From the IMG/VR virus record IMGVR_UViG_3300032516_003835, positions 1-61,084 of that record: a DNA stretch of 61,084 nucleotides; one strand, given 5' to 3'. Below are positions 8,367 through 17,639 of the stretch, in pieces (position 1 is the first letter of the stretch; every line of letters begins with the position of its first letter). The notes below the pieces were generated by a model, which made no database searches, was not told the origin of the DNA, and was given only the letters and a program-made list of their open reading frames with translations. The translations under genes were made by a program, and so were the position numbers. The DNA is from a virus (Duplodnaviria > Caudoviricetes).

Positions 8367-8389
8367 GGGGGCCTCCCGGTGATGGGCTG

Positions 8390-8428
8390 AAAACGAAACG
8401 ACCCCGGGGCGCTAGGCCACCAGGGTCG
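8390..8428 (-). terminator. Intrinsic terminator
   Basis: Minus strand CGACCC..GGGTCG hairpin followed by TTTCGTTTT. Confidence 0.6.
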
Positions 8429-8447
8429 CTAAGGGTTGTTGCCGCCG

Positions 8448-8642
8448 CTACTCGCGGTCCTTACTCTTCAGGAACTCACCGATGTCGAGCCGCTTATGGT
8501 CGAGGACCAGGGACAGCATTGACCTGATCCGGAGCCGGAGACCGGGCGTGGCCTCCGGGTCCTGGTAGGCGTCCCGGATGACGTAGAGAAGGCGCCGGAC
8601 GAGCGAGATGTCAGAAAGGTCGAGCTTGACGACGTCAGGCGA
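8448..8642 (-). CDS. 64-aa helical hypothetical protein (moron-like; non-canonical or mutated start)
   Basis: Open frame PDVVKLDLSDISLVRRLLYVIRD...KSKDRE*; SD GGGGGTGA precedes TCG 8642; TATAAT upstream and terminator downstream. Confidence 0.45.
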   Translation of the reverse strand, partial: SPDVVKLDLSDISLVRRLLYVIRDAYQDPEATPGLRLRIRSMLSLVLDHKRLDIGEFLKSKDRE

Positions 8643-8663
8643 GGGAGGTCACCCCCGAGGGCA

Positions 8664-9290
8664 TTATACCCCCTCGGATAAGGAGAGTGGAATCTGTCGG
8701 GCTGCACGGCTTCGGGTTGCGTGAAGTCTGCGGTGACACGACTGGCAGAGTCTCATAAGGTTGCCGATGGCGTTGTTGGCCTTATTGTTGTCGATGTGAT
8801 GGACCACGCCAGGCTTCCCGCCGCAAACCTCGCAGATGTCCGGCCGCCCGCTTTCCTCCCAGACCACCTGATGAACACGCTTCGTCGGATGCGCTGGATG
8901 CCTTGAGGAATATCGGATGTAGCCAGCATCGTCGGCCGCCATGTAGCCATTGAACATGGCATTCGCCGGACCCGAGTAGTGCTTGCCCCGGCACTCATTG
9001 GAGCAGTAGACATGAGCCCGGCTACTGCGCTGGAATTCCCGCCCGCAGACCGGGCACCGGATGGTGCGCTGCTTCCGGCGGTAGTCGAACATGCATCGCC
9101 TAGAACAGAACCGGCGGAGGCTTCTGTCTGGCACGAAAGACGTCCCACAATTTCCGCAGGTCTTAGGTGTGAGGCGCGGGCCGGCCAGCGCGGCCCCGTA
9201 ACACTCCCGCGAACAGTAAACCTGCCTTCGTTTGCTTCTGTCGATGGCCTCGAATGGTTTGCCGCACCGCCCGCAATGGAGAATGGCCAT
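8664..9290 (-). CDS. HNH endonuclease with N-terminal zinc-finger repeats (freestanding homing type)
   Basis: Three CxxCG..F...(Y/F)CS..C repeats; C-terminal CEVCG..VHHIDNNKANN...NL..LCQSCH; SD GGAGGT before ATG 9290. Confidence 0.85.
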   Translation of the reverse strand: MAILHCGRCGKPFEAIDRSKRRQVYCSRECYGAALAGPRLTPKTCGNCGTSFVPDRSLRRFCSRRCMFDYRRKQRTIRCPVCGREFQRSSRAHVYCSNECRGKHYSGPANAMFNGYMAADDAGYIRYSSRHPAHPTKRVHQVVWEESGRPDICEVCGGKPGVVHHIDNNKANNAIGNLMRLCQSCHRRLHATRSRAARQIPLSLSEGV

Positions 9291-9323
9291 GGCCGCACCT
9301 CCGATAGTGTTTCCGAAGGGGTA

Positions 9324-9392
9324 GTGAGGAAGGGGGCTCGGATAACCCCCTTGTCGGGCTGCAGACCCTATCCTCACGAGAACATCATACCA
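9324..9392 (-). promoter_or_regulatory. Extended -10 promoter plus structured leader of the HNH gene
   Basis: TGGTATGAT at 9392-9384; three-way junction with stems GTGAGG/CCTCAC, GGGT/GCCC and AGGGGG/CCCCCT. Confidence 0.55.
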
Positions 9393-9395
9393 CTG

Positions 9396-10310
9396 CTAGC
9401 CCGAAACCCGGTTCGCCTTCCACTCCGCGTAGGTCATCCAAGGGATGACGCCTTCTCCCCTGGCCCGGCGGACCGTAGGTTCGTAGCCCGCGATCTTGCC
9501 ACGTAGCGCGCATCGGCAATTGCAGTCCTCTTCTGGCACCCCGAAACCGCCTGGGGCTTTGGCTTTCAACCCCCGGATTTCGAAGAACCCGTCCACCGGC
9601 ACCGTCTGGCCGTCGAGTTCCTGATGACTCAATCTGGTGCGTTCGTCCAAAGTTGCACTCCACGTTTTCATGGTCGGCACCCCGCGCCGCTCCGCCTGCT
9701 CCAGGGCCGCGAGTCTGCCCTCCTGCGTCACCCGATGGGCCTCGGTCTGCGCCACCCTGATCGCCTTGGCCGCGTCGCCGTCGAGAACCCCCTTGATCCG
9801 CCGGGCCATGTCGTCGTAACCCTCGCCCCGGATGAGGCCCTGGGTGATCTCGGATCGGATCCGGGTGACGACCTGGGCCCGGTTGGCCTGCAGACGCTCG
9901 GAGAGTTTCATGCCTGAGATCGGGTTCTGGACCGAGGCCGCGATCGTGGCCGGGTTCAGCAGCGTCCAGCCGAGCCGGGCCTGGGCCTGCCGCTCCAGGG
10001 CGTAGGCCGTCCGCCAGTAAGCCTCGGAGTAAGCGTTGCCGGAGCCGACCGTGACCGCCTTGCCGGCCTGGGCGTAGAGGCGGTTCATCTCGGCCCTAAC
10101 CGAGGCGGTCAGGCTTTCCAGGCGCCGGTACTTGGCGAGCTCGACATAACTCATCTTCCCGCCCACGGCGTAGCGGGCGGCGTAATCAGCGAGCGTGCCG
10201 CGCAGTTCGCGCAGCGTCCGGGCATAGGCGCGGAGGACCTCGCGTTGCGTGCCGGCGCTGAGGCGCTCGATGGCCCGCTCGCCCTGCAGGAGATCTCGCT
10301 CCAGACTCAC
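9396..10310 (-). CDS. Head morphogenesis/minor capsid protein (SPP1 gp7/Mu F-like)
   Basis: A.RVAQTEAHR, KTWSATLDERTRLSHQELDGQ, NCRC motifs. Confidence 0.9.
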   Translation of the reverse strand: MSLERDLLQGERAIERLSAGTQREVLRAYARTLRELRGTLADYAARYAVGGKMSYVELAKYRRLESLTASVRAEMNRLYAQAGKAVTVGSGNAYSEAYWRTAYALERQAQARLGWTLLNPATIAASVQNPISGMKLSERLQANRAQVVTRIRSEITQGLIRGEGYDDMARRIKGVLDGDAAKAIRVAQTEAHRVTQEGRLAALEQAERRGVPTMKTWSATLDERTRLSHQELDGQTVPVDGFFEIRGLKAKAPGGFGVPEEDCNCRCALRGKIAGYEPTVRRARGEGVIPWMTYAEWKANRVSG

Positions 10311-10322
10311 GGCGCAGACCTC

Positions 10323-10715
10323 CTACCGCTGGCGCTTCAGACAGACGAGGACCCGAGCGAGGTCGTCAATAACTTGCTCTTGGAGCGCTTCTTCGAACGA
10401 GTCTTTCGCGGTTTGCCAGGTATGCAGTTTCGCGTGGAGGAGTTCGTGGACGACGTCGGCCTCCATGTCCTGCACGAAAACCTCAGCGCCCGTGCCGCAC
10501 TCGTCCGGGCAGTCGAGCGGACTCCTGACCTCCAGGAGACCCGTTTTCTTCTCCCATGTGTAGACGAGTGAGGCCGAACTGTCCGGGGTCATGTTCCGGG
10601 CCCGGCCGATGCGGACCGCGAACTGCCAATCTCCCAGCCCCAGCCGGTCCTGCCACTCCCGGACACACTTGGCCAGACCATCCTCGTCGAACACGACCGC
10701 CTTCGGCTCACTCAC
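10323..10715 (-). CDS. Hypothetical protein with HEXXH motif
   Basis: WQDRLGL.DW and VVHELLH; lies between the portal and minor capsid genes. Confidence 0.65.
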   Translation of the reverse strand: MSEPKAVVFDEDGLAKCVREWQDRLGLGDWQFAVRIGRARNMTPDSSASLVYTWEKKTGLLEVRSPLDCPDECGTGAEVFVQDMEADVVHELLHAKLHTWQTAKDSFEEALQEQVIDDLARVLVCLKRQR

Positions 10716-12273
10716 CGGCCGCTCCGCTCTGATCCGGGCTACCCTGGGGAGGCTCGTCGCCATCGTCGGTTGGTTCCTCCTTCTCGCCCTCGCCCTCAGC
10801 CGGCACTCGATCCAGGTCCACCCTGCCCTCAGCCGCCATGTCGCGAAGCTCCTTCTCCGAGTCGGTCACGAAGGACAGGAGGTCGAGGCGCGTCTTCTCG
10901 GACACCAATCCCTTGAGCAGGCCCGTGGTCTGGGCCTCATCGTTGAGGTTCAGAGGGAAGTTTCGGGTAAACTGCATCGTGACCGCCTTGTAGTCGATCG
11001 CCTGGCCGCGCTTCCGCCAGACCGTGGCCAGGACCTCGAACATGCGCCGGCTGGCGGCCGAGTGCTTGCGCTCGGTGGTGGCGCAGGAACTCTCCAGGTT
11101 AAAAAGTTTGAACTTCAGGGCTATACCGCTTACGGTGCCCCCGAACGCCTCGTCGTCGAAATTGACCGACTTCGCGAAACGAAGAATATTCCTGTCGAGC
11201 CTGTCAAGGTGGTGCTCAATGATCGCGTCATCGAGGGATTTGGTGAGGAACCTGATCTCGTGGGGCTGACCGCCGGCGGCCGTCGGGATGATGAGAATGC
11301 CGGTCTTCCGGGCCCGCTCGATAACGTCGTCCCCTAGATCGACGCCATAGGCGGCCATGTAGGCGAGCCGAAACTGCTCGATCTCGGAATTCACGTCGGA
11401 GACGGCTCGGTCGTAGGCGTCAATCAAAGCGACGACCCTGGAGGCGTCGCCCTGGCGCTCATCATTGTTCGGGAACGCAATCAGCGGGCACAGGTCGAAC
11501 AGGTGCGGCCGGGGATTCGCGGGCGCCCCGCTGTCGAGTTCGTAGTCTCCGCCCGAGCCCTGGACGTAGTAGTAGGCGTGGCTCGGGGTGTACCACTCGG
11601 CCCGCCAAACGTCTACCCACTCGCCGCCCCGGAAGAGCGGGGCCTCATAGTAGCGGAGGGCGTGCTCGGCCTCCCAGGCGTTGCCCGTGGTGACCGGGAT
11701 AACCTCCCAGGGCGGGATGGCCATGCAGTAGGGTAGACCGTCAGCCTGCGCGTCCCCGCCTCGCACATAGAGCAGGCGGGCGCCGTAGCCGCAGATCGCC
11801 TCCATCTTGCCGGTCTCGGCGTCCAGGTCGGCCAGGTTGGATCGCAAGACGAAGTCCTGCAAGGTCTTGTTGTGGTCGGCGTAAGCCGGGTTCTCGTCGG
11901 CCGTGATCTCACGGGGTCTCTGTCCGAGGAGGCGACCCATAAGACCGGGCTGGGTCTCGGTGACGTAACCGGTCTTATCTAAACCGTAGCTGACGGGCCG
12001 ACCCATGAAGTACCCTAACTTGGTGTCGATGATCGCGCCAAAAAAATCGTTGGCTAATTGGGCGTTCACTTTCGTCGTCGAATACTCGAAGGTGCGGCCA
12101 TAGATCGGCACCCCGTCCCGAGTCGCGCAGTAGCGGCGGTAGAGGGCGGCCATGGCGTCCCGGCTAGCTTGGTGGGCGGCGATGAGCGATCCCACCACGG
12201 CCGCGGTGGGCTGACCGCCATTCCCGGCGAGTTCCGCCTGGGCTTGCAGGATGGCTCGGGACAGACTGTCCAT
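10708..12273 (-). CDS. Portal protein (SPP1 gp6-like)
   Basis: IIDTKLGYFMG.PV.Y, CP.I.F.NN.E..GD, LIDAYD...SD, SGIALKFKL, FTRNFP.N; follows terL. Confidence 0.92.
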   Translation of the reverse strand: MDSLSRAILQAQAELAGNGGQPTAAVVGSLIAAHQASRDAMAALYRRYCATRDGVPIYGRTFEYSTTKVNAQLANDFFGAIIDTKLGYFMGRPVSYGLDKTGYVTETQPGLMGRLLGQRPREITADENPAYADHNKTLQDFVLRSNLADLDAETGKMEAICGYGARLLYVRGGDAQADGLPYCMAIPPWEVIPVTTGNAWEAEHALRYYEAPLFRGGEWVDVWRAEWYTPSHAYYYVQGSGGDYELDSGAPANPRPHLFDLCPLIAFPNNDERQGDASRVVALIDAYDRAVSDVNSEIEQFRLAYMAAYGVDLGDDVIERARKTGILIIPTAAGGQPHEIRFLTKSLDDAIIEHHLDRLDRNILRFAKSVNFDDEAFGGTVSGIALKFKLFNLESSCATTERKHSAASRRMFEVLATVWRKRGQAIDYKAVTMQFTRNFPLNLNDEAQTTGLLKGLVSEKTRLDLLSFVTDSEKELRDMAAEGRVDLDRVPAEGEGEKEEPTDDGDEPPQGSPDQSGAAGE

Positions 12274-12285
12274 GCCGCACCTCGC

Positions 12286-13932
12286 CTAGTAGAGTGATCG
12301 CTTGCCCACTTCGACCTTCGGGAGTTCCGACCGGGTTAGGAGGCGCATCTGGTGGGCTATGCCCCAGGCGATGACCGAGTCGTCGAAGCAGCCGCCCTGG
12401 GAGCCCATGGAGCCATCCGCCTTGTGCTCGAAGGTCAACGCCTCGGAGACGAGGAGGCTGTTCGCTACGCGGAAACCCGGCGTCGAGATCAACTGGGCGA
12501 GGTAATCGACCAGGATGGGCTTCGTTTTGGCGCTCGTCAGCCAGCCCCAGCGGCGCTCAGACTGGCCGGTCAGGTGGTCGTAGTCCTGCCGGGCGTAGAG
12601 TTTCGGGTAACGCAGGACGTTGACCAGGGTATTAATTACCGAGTGGCCGTGGTTATTGTCCTCGACCCCGAGAGTGGCCGTGTTGTAGCGCCGACCCAGA
12701 GCGTCGAGTTTCGAGGCGAACACGTGATCGGGCCAGTGACCCCGAAGGCAAGCCACGTCGCTGCCGGTGGCGCGGTCGATGACCAAGCCGACGGACCAGT
12801 CGCCGTGAACCAGCCCCTCGGCCGTGTCCGCGCCGATCACGTAGTGGCCCTTGGGATCGGGCGGCTGCCAGATCAGTAGCTGACGCGAGTCCTCCGCCCC
12901 GGTCGGCTCGGCGCACCCGGCAAGCAGCCGCATGAGTGCCGCCTGATCGAACACCGGGCGGCCGCTGAGCAGGAAGCAACTGACGTCGTCCTCGGGATGC
13001 TCCTGCCAGAAGTCGCCCTTGAGGTCGAGGATTTTGGCTCTACGCCACTTCAGTTGTTCCGGGGCAAGACCGTGCTTTGACGCGAGTTCCCTCTCCTGGC
13101 GGCCCGTCTCGGACGACTCATCGAACTCCACGGTCTCCCCCGGATCGAGCGGCAGCCGGTGCTCCTCATGGGTCCACCACGGAAAAAAGTGCGGCTTCAA
13201 CCGCGAGGCCCCGCCCTTGGCCAGGCCATACTCACCGTGGAAGTAACCGCCGATACCCTTGGCGGTCGATTCCAGCCGGATACGCCCGCCAAGGGGCACG
13301 GCCTCGATAAGGCCCGTTGCCGTGGCCTCCGCGTCCCCCGGCCAGAAAGCGACTTCGGAGAGGTGGAGGTTGTTGATGGTCAAGGACCGGCCCGCGCCGG
13401 CCTCGCCCGCAGTGGCCACTCCGAACCAGGAGTCAATCCGGTCGAACTGGAGTTCGCGGCGGTTGTGGTACTGCGGCCGGGCCGGGTTCGCGCACAGGCG
13501 GCGCTTCTCGGCCTCAGGCAGGTTGTCGTAGAAGCGCCGCACGATCTTGAAGAGCGTTCTGGCGCTTTCGAGTTTATGAGCCACGACCATCGAGGTCGTG
13601 CCGGGGTGCCGGACGGTGTCCTCGAAAAACTCGGCCAGGATCAGGGTCGAGACCCCGCCTTGGCGATATTTGAGAATGAGGTCCCGGAGCGTCTTCGCGT
13701 CCCAGAACAATTCCTGGATCGCGTTGAAGCGCAGCGGGACGAGCCGTTTGAACTTATCCCGGATCCACAGGTTCTCCTCGATCCAAGAACGGGGCGACGG
13801 CGCTATAGCCTCCTCATCGAGATCGGCTAGCGCCCGGGCAATGCCGCGGTCAATCGCGGCGGGATCAATTCGGAGCCGAGTCGGGGGTGGCGCTGGCCTC
13901 GGCGAGTCGGGAACGGACAGTGGCAGCGACAT
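12286..13932 (-). CDS. terL: Terminase large subunit
   Basis: Walker A variant LILKYRQGGVST, Walker B LHLSEVAFW, coupling motif ESTA, nuclease YVIGADTAEG and DDSVIAW. Confidence 0.92.
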   Translation of the reverse strand: MSLPLSVPDSPRPAPPPTRLRIDPAAIDRGIARALADLDEEAIAPSPRSWIEENLWIRDKFKRLVPLRFNAIQELFWDAKTLRDLILKYRQGGVSTLILAEFFEDTVRHPGTTSMVVAHKLESARTLFKIVRRFYDNLPEAEKRRLCANPARPQYHNRRELQFDRIDSWFGVATAGEAGAGRSLTINNLHLSEVAFWPGDAEATATGLIEAVPLGGRIRLESTAKGIGGYFHGEYGLAKGGASRLKPHFFPWWTHEEHRLPLDPGETVEFDESSETGRQERELASKHGLAPEQLKWRRAKILDLKGDFWQEHPEDDVSCFLLSGRPVFDQAALMRLLAGCAEPTGAEDSRQLLIWQPPDPKGHYVIGADTAEGLVHGDWSVGLVIDRATGSDVACLRGHWPDHVFASKLDALGRRYNTATLGVEDNNHGHSVINTLVNVLRYPKLYARQDYDHLTGQSERRWGWLTSAKTKPILVDYLAQLISTPGFRVANSLLVSEALTFEHKADGSMGSQGGCFDDSVIAWGIAHQMRLLTRSELPKVEVGKRSLY

Positions 13933-14506
13933 CGGGGTTGACCTCGCTCACCACCCGGATCAGGCGTTTAGTGATGGTCATGGAGAGTTCTTCGATCATG
14001 TAGGCGGGTAGGGCGTCGCCTTCGCGAGGCGCCTTGCCGGTAAGGAGATGGGCTTTCTCCAGGCTTTGGGCGAGGACCCCGACCAAGAAGCGCCCCCAAG
14101 ACGCGCCGGCCTGATTGTGTTTCTCGGCACGCTTGCCCGCCGGGAGTTCGTCGGGGTCAGCCATGGCGATCGCGACCTTGTGGGCCGCCTTCTCGGCGAG
14201 TCCGTAGAGTTGGTCAGCCAGGGCGGTCACCCGACCGGTCAGGGTCTCAGCTACCCGCTCCGTAGCCAGAGCCACCGCCCGGTCCTGGACCTGCTGCCCC
14301 ATCTGCCGCAGCTTTTTGCCGGTACGGGGTACCGTTCCGGGCTTCGGGGGCGTTCCAACCGGAACAGCCGTTCCAACTCTGGCCCCGTACCATCGGTGGA
14401 GGGTCGTGAGCGGAACACCCGTCTGCCGGGCGGCCTCTCGCTGGGATGTGGCCTCGGCTAGAGCCAGGGCCTCGGTGATCCGCTGCTCGGTCCAGCGCTT
14501 GGCCAC
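13865..14506 (-). CDS. terS: Terminase small subunit (N-terminal HTH)
   Basis: HTH SQREAARQTGVPLTTLHRW; directly upstream of terL. Confidence 0.7.
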   Translation of the reverse strand: MAKRWTEQRITEALALAEATSQREAARQTGVPLTTLHRWYGARVGTAVPVGTPPKPGTVPRTGKKLRQMGQQVQDRAVALATERVAETLTGRVTALADQLYGLAEKAAHKVAIAMADPDELPAGKRAEKHNQAGASWGRFLVGVLAQSLEKAHLLTGKAPREGDALPAYMIEELSMTITKRLIRVVSEVNPDVAATVRSRLAEASATPDSAPN

Positions 14507-14713
14507 CGTTCCCGTCCCCCATCCCCTGCCCGTATTCGTCGCCAAATGAAAAGGGCACCCCTAGACCCCGGATGCCCTGGGTTGTACGGTGAATCTGCCT
14601 TGCCCCGAGTTTAGCCCGAACCTACCCGCCGCGCAAGGCCGAAACGGCCCAAAATCCTACCCATTTCCTACCGCGCCAAAGGGCACTACCCTGGGCGGAT
14701 GGCGATTCCGTTT

Positions 14714-15208
14714 TTAGCGCGAAGCGGGTTTTTCGCGAAGGCCCTTTTCCGGCGCCTCACGCCCGGTGGGACAGAGGCGCTTGGCCAGTTGGCACAGGCT
14801 GGTCCTGTCCTCCCGCCGCATGCGCCGGAGGCAGCCGATGACCCGGCCGCGGATGATGGCCAGGCGCTTATCCACCGTGCTGACATGGCAGCTCATGGCG
14901 CCCGAGATCTCATCCCGCGTGAGATCCTCCCGGTAATAGAGACGGTAGACCCTCCGGACATGGGGAGGCAGGCGCCTCAGGACGCCACGGATTATGGCGA
15001 GGGACCGGAGCCAGCGGAAGCGCTGGAGAACGAACGCCTCGACCGGGTTTCCGGGAGGGCCATCCACCGGGCGGGGCCGGTTGTCGAGCAGGTCCCTGAC
15101 CGGCAGCCCGACCACGCGAGGTTCCATGAGACGCACCTCAGCCCACCAGAAATGCAGGTTGCAGAGGATAATCTCGGCCCTCTCCTCCATGGGGTCCCGG
15201 CAACTCAT
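14714..15208 (-). CDS. Late transcription activator (sigma region-4 / RinA-ArpU-like)
   Basis: LRRLPP..RRVYRLYY....TRDEISGAM...STVDKRL; last early gene before terS. Confidence 0.7.
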   Translation of the reverse strand: MSCRDPMEERAEIILCNLHFWWAEVRLMEPRVVGLPVRDLLDNRPRPVDGPPGNPVEAFVLQRFRWLRSLAIIRGVLRRLPPHVRRVYRLYYREDLTRDEISGAMSCHVSTVDKRLAIIRGRVIGCLRRMRREDRTSLCQLAKRLCPTGREAPEKGLREKPASR

Positions 15209-15411
15209 CTCGGCAGCCTCCCCCCTCTGGGCCCGGCGGGGGACATGAGGGCCCGGACGTCGCCGATCTCGACGGGGACCTCGGCTGGGGGCGCGGGCTC
15301 CTGGCCCCGGAGCCAGACCCAGAACGCCTCGAGGTCGAGCAGCCCCCGGCGGGCGAGGAGGTAGACTGTGTAGCCGTCCAGGTGCTCGTAGATCAGCATG
15401 GATGCCTCCAA
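15205..15411 (-). CDS. Hypothetical protein
   Basis: Stop overlaps the next start; collinear with the early operon. Confidence 0.45.
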   Translation of the reverse strand: MEASMLIYEHLDGYTVYLLARRGLLDLEAFWVWLRGQEPAPPAEVPVEIGDVRALMSPAGPRGGRLPR

Positions 15412-15539
15412 GGAAAAGGCCGACCCAGTTCCCCAGGTCGGCCTCCGGTTGTCCGGTCAGCCTGTCATGCTTTACAGAACCGATCCGATTCGCGCCTTCG
15501 CTTACATCGCTTGCCTCCGTAAGTAATGAGTGGGCCTGC

Positions 15540-15701
15540 CTAGCCCTTCTTCGCCAGGTCTTCGATGCTCCAGACCGTGCCGCACCTGGCGCAGACAGCC
15601 TCGACCGTGTCACCGTTGATCTGGAGCCGGAATTTGGTGCCGTAGCAGTGGTACGCGCTGGAACTCCGGACCTCAATCGCCCTGCACTGAAGCTCCCTCA
15701 T
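15540..15701 (-). CDS. Small zinc-ribbon protein
   Basis: C..C..CARCG pattern; SD GGAGG. Confidence 0.5.
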   Translation of the reverse strand: MRELQCRAIEVRSSSAYHCYGTKFRLQINGDTVEAVCARCGTVWSIEDLAKKG

Positions 15702-15857
15702 CGCCGTTCCTCCTTCCTCGGTTCCCACTTCTCGCGCTCCAGGAACCGCCGCTTCTCCTCCGGCCCCATCCGGTGGAACTCCCGGACCCGCCGCTCGAAC
15801 TCCTCGACGGTCAGGGTGTAGGACCTGCCGTCCGCTTCCACCGTGATCGCCGTGCCG

Positions 15858-16109
15858 CTAGGCTTGGGCATCGGGGGCGGCCTCCGTCCCGGCGGCCGCC
15901 GGTTCCTCGCGCATGAGCCACTCGATGTCCTCCCGCATGAGCCATTCGATGATGCACTCCTCGCACTCGTCCACGTCGCAGCCGCCCGCGGGCTTGCTCC
16001 AGCCTCGTCTGTTGAGAGCCTCCACGTATTTTTCCGGGCAGAACCCCTGAACGACGAACTCCTCTGCCGCGCGACCGACGGCGAGTCTCAGGAACTCGAT
16101 CTCATCCAC
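15858..16109 (-). CDS. Hypothetical protein
   Basis: CP...C....CEEC...WL; overlapping-gene chain. Confidence 0.55.
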   Translation of the reverse strand: MDEIEFLRLAVGRAAEEFVVQGFCPEKYVEALNRRGWSKPAGGCDVDECEECIIEWLMREDIEWLMREEPAAAGTEAAPDAQA

Positions 16110-16398
16110 GTTTGCTCATCTCCATTCCGCCAGGCATCAGATCGAAGACCGCGTCCCTCTCATCATCGGAGTCCGCCAGTAATCGAACGATGCCTCGCGA
16201 CTGCATGGCCCAGATTTTTTCGCGTAGCCGTAGCCCCTCAACCGCTAGCCAGCCACGCCAGTTCCCGGCGTCCAGGTGTCGGCGTTGCTCCATCCGGTGG
16301 AGCTGGTCCGTGTGCAGCCAGCATGGGCCTTCGTGGGTGATGCAGGCGCAGTCCTTGATGAGGGACACGACCCGCCCATCCGTCAGTTCGGCTCTCAC
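16102..16398 (-). CDS. Hypothetical protein
   Basis: Overlapping-gene chain in the early operon. Confidence 0.5.
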   Translation of the reverse strand: MRAELTDGRVVSLIKDCACITHEGPCWLHTDQLHRMEQRRHLDAGNWRGWLAVEGLRLREKIWAMQSRGIVRLLADSDDERDAVFDLMPGGMEMSKRG

Positions 16399-16566
16399 TG
16401 GCCGGTACCGCCCTTGTCGAACCTGACTTTCCCCTTGACCTCATCGGCCCCCACCGGCAGCCCGTCGGCCACGATAAGCCGTTCCAGGCAGCCGTGGCCC
16501 AGGCGGCGGAGGTAGATGATGAGGGCCACCTCGTTCGGGTGGAGCTGCATGGCCACGGTCGGGCGC

Positions 16567-16776
16567 TCAGGCACGGGTGGCCTCCTTACGGAAGGTCAGT
16601 TGGGGCACCGGCACGAAAGTCACTCGGCCCAACGGCGCATCTTCCGCGGTCGCCCACTTGACCACGATGGCGGCCCCCCAGCCGTACATCTGTTCGAGTA
16701 TCTCCCTGTCAGCCTCGTTCTCGGGCTCCAGGGCCACCTGGGGTTTCGGCCCCTCGCGCAGAATGAGCGCCTTCAT
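16567..16776 (-). CDS. Hypothetical protein
   Basis: ATGA overlap; SD GGAGGAG. Confidence 0.55.
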   Translation of the reverse strand: MKALILREGPKPQVALEPENEADREILEQMYGWGAAIVVKWATAEDAPLGRVTFVPVPQLTFRKEATRA

Positions 16777-17639
16777 GGCGACTCCTCCTCCGGCGTGATC
16801 TCGATCCTTGCCCGCCAATGCCCGGCGGCGTGAACCGTTTCGCCCAGGGCATGGAGCAGGACCGCTAGGGTATCCCCGGGCCAGTTGTCCAAGCGCAGAG
16901 CAATGCCAACCGGGGCCGGAGCGGGACTCTTGGCCCTCGGCCCCATCTCGCCGGGCGCCAGCCCATAGAGAATCTCCCAGGCGCGGGCTTCGGCGGCGGG
17001 CGTGAGAGGCTCGGCCGCCTCCGTGGTCCCCTCGCCCGCCAGGGCCTGCCTCAACCCCGCGGCGGAGCGGTCGAGCCCGGCCAGGGTCTGCCTCAGCCCG
17101 GCCACGGCGCGGTCGAACCGCTCCTTATCGCCGCCGGCGGCGAACCTGCGCACCTCGCTCCGGAGGTAGCCCAGACTGGCTGTTCGCTTCTTGGCCGCCT
17201 GCCTGTCCTCCGCGCTGGCGTAGCGGGCCCCGTGGGGCATCCGGGTGCTCAGCAGGGCCAGCGTCTCGGCGTCCAGGACGATGGGCCCCTGCTGGGGCGC
17301 GGTCGGCGCCCAGGGCGAGGGCGCAAGCGCCAGGACCCCGGAAACCGCTCGCGGGATGACGATCTCGCCGGCGAGGTAGGGCCGCGTCGCCGAACAGCGG
17401 CGCTCCACCCGTTCGCAATCCAGACACCTCTGGCGCTCGACGATCTGGCCATTGGGGCAAGCCAGCCGCGCCGGCAGCAATGCCTCGATCTCGGCTCTGT
17501 GTCTGGTCCTCTCTCCCACGACCCTCACCACTCCTTCCGGCTGTTCCGGGCCGGCAAACGACGCCTCGCCGGACAGACCGCGGATGCGGTCCCCGAACTC
17601 GGCCAGCCGGTCCCTACGCTCCCGCTGGGGTCTGTTCAC
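16773..17639 (-). CDS. Hypothetical protein
   Basis: Long ORF overlapping both neighbours. Confidence 0.55.
   Translation of the reverse strand: MNRPQRERRDRLAEFGDRIRGLSGEASFAGPEQPEGVVRVVGERTRHRAEIEALLPARLACPNGQIVERQRCLDCERVERRCSATRPYLAGEIVIPRAVSGVLALAPSPWAPTAPQQGPIVLDAETLALLSTRMPHGARYASAEDRQAAKKRTASLGYLRSEVRRFAAGGDKERFDRAVAGLRQTLAGLDRSAAGLRQALAGEGTTEAAEPLTPAAEARAWEILYGLAPGEMGPRAKSPAPAPVGIALRLDNWPGDTLAVLLHALGETVHAAGHWRARIEITPEEESP

Noticed and set aside
8664-9290. IscB/Cas9-like nuclease or intron-encoded endonuclease
   Set aside because: Only about 208 aa with no RuvC motifs; the flanking genes are intact and no intron core was recognised.
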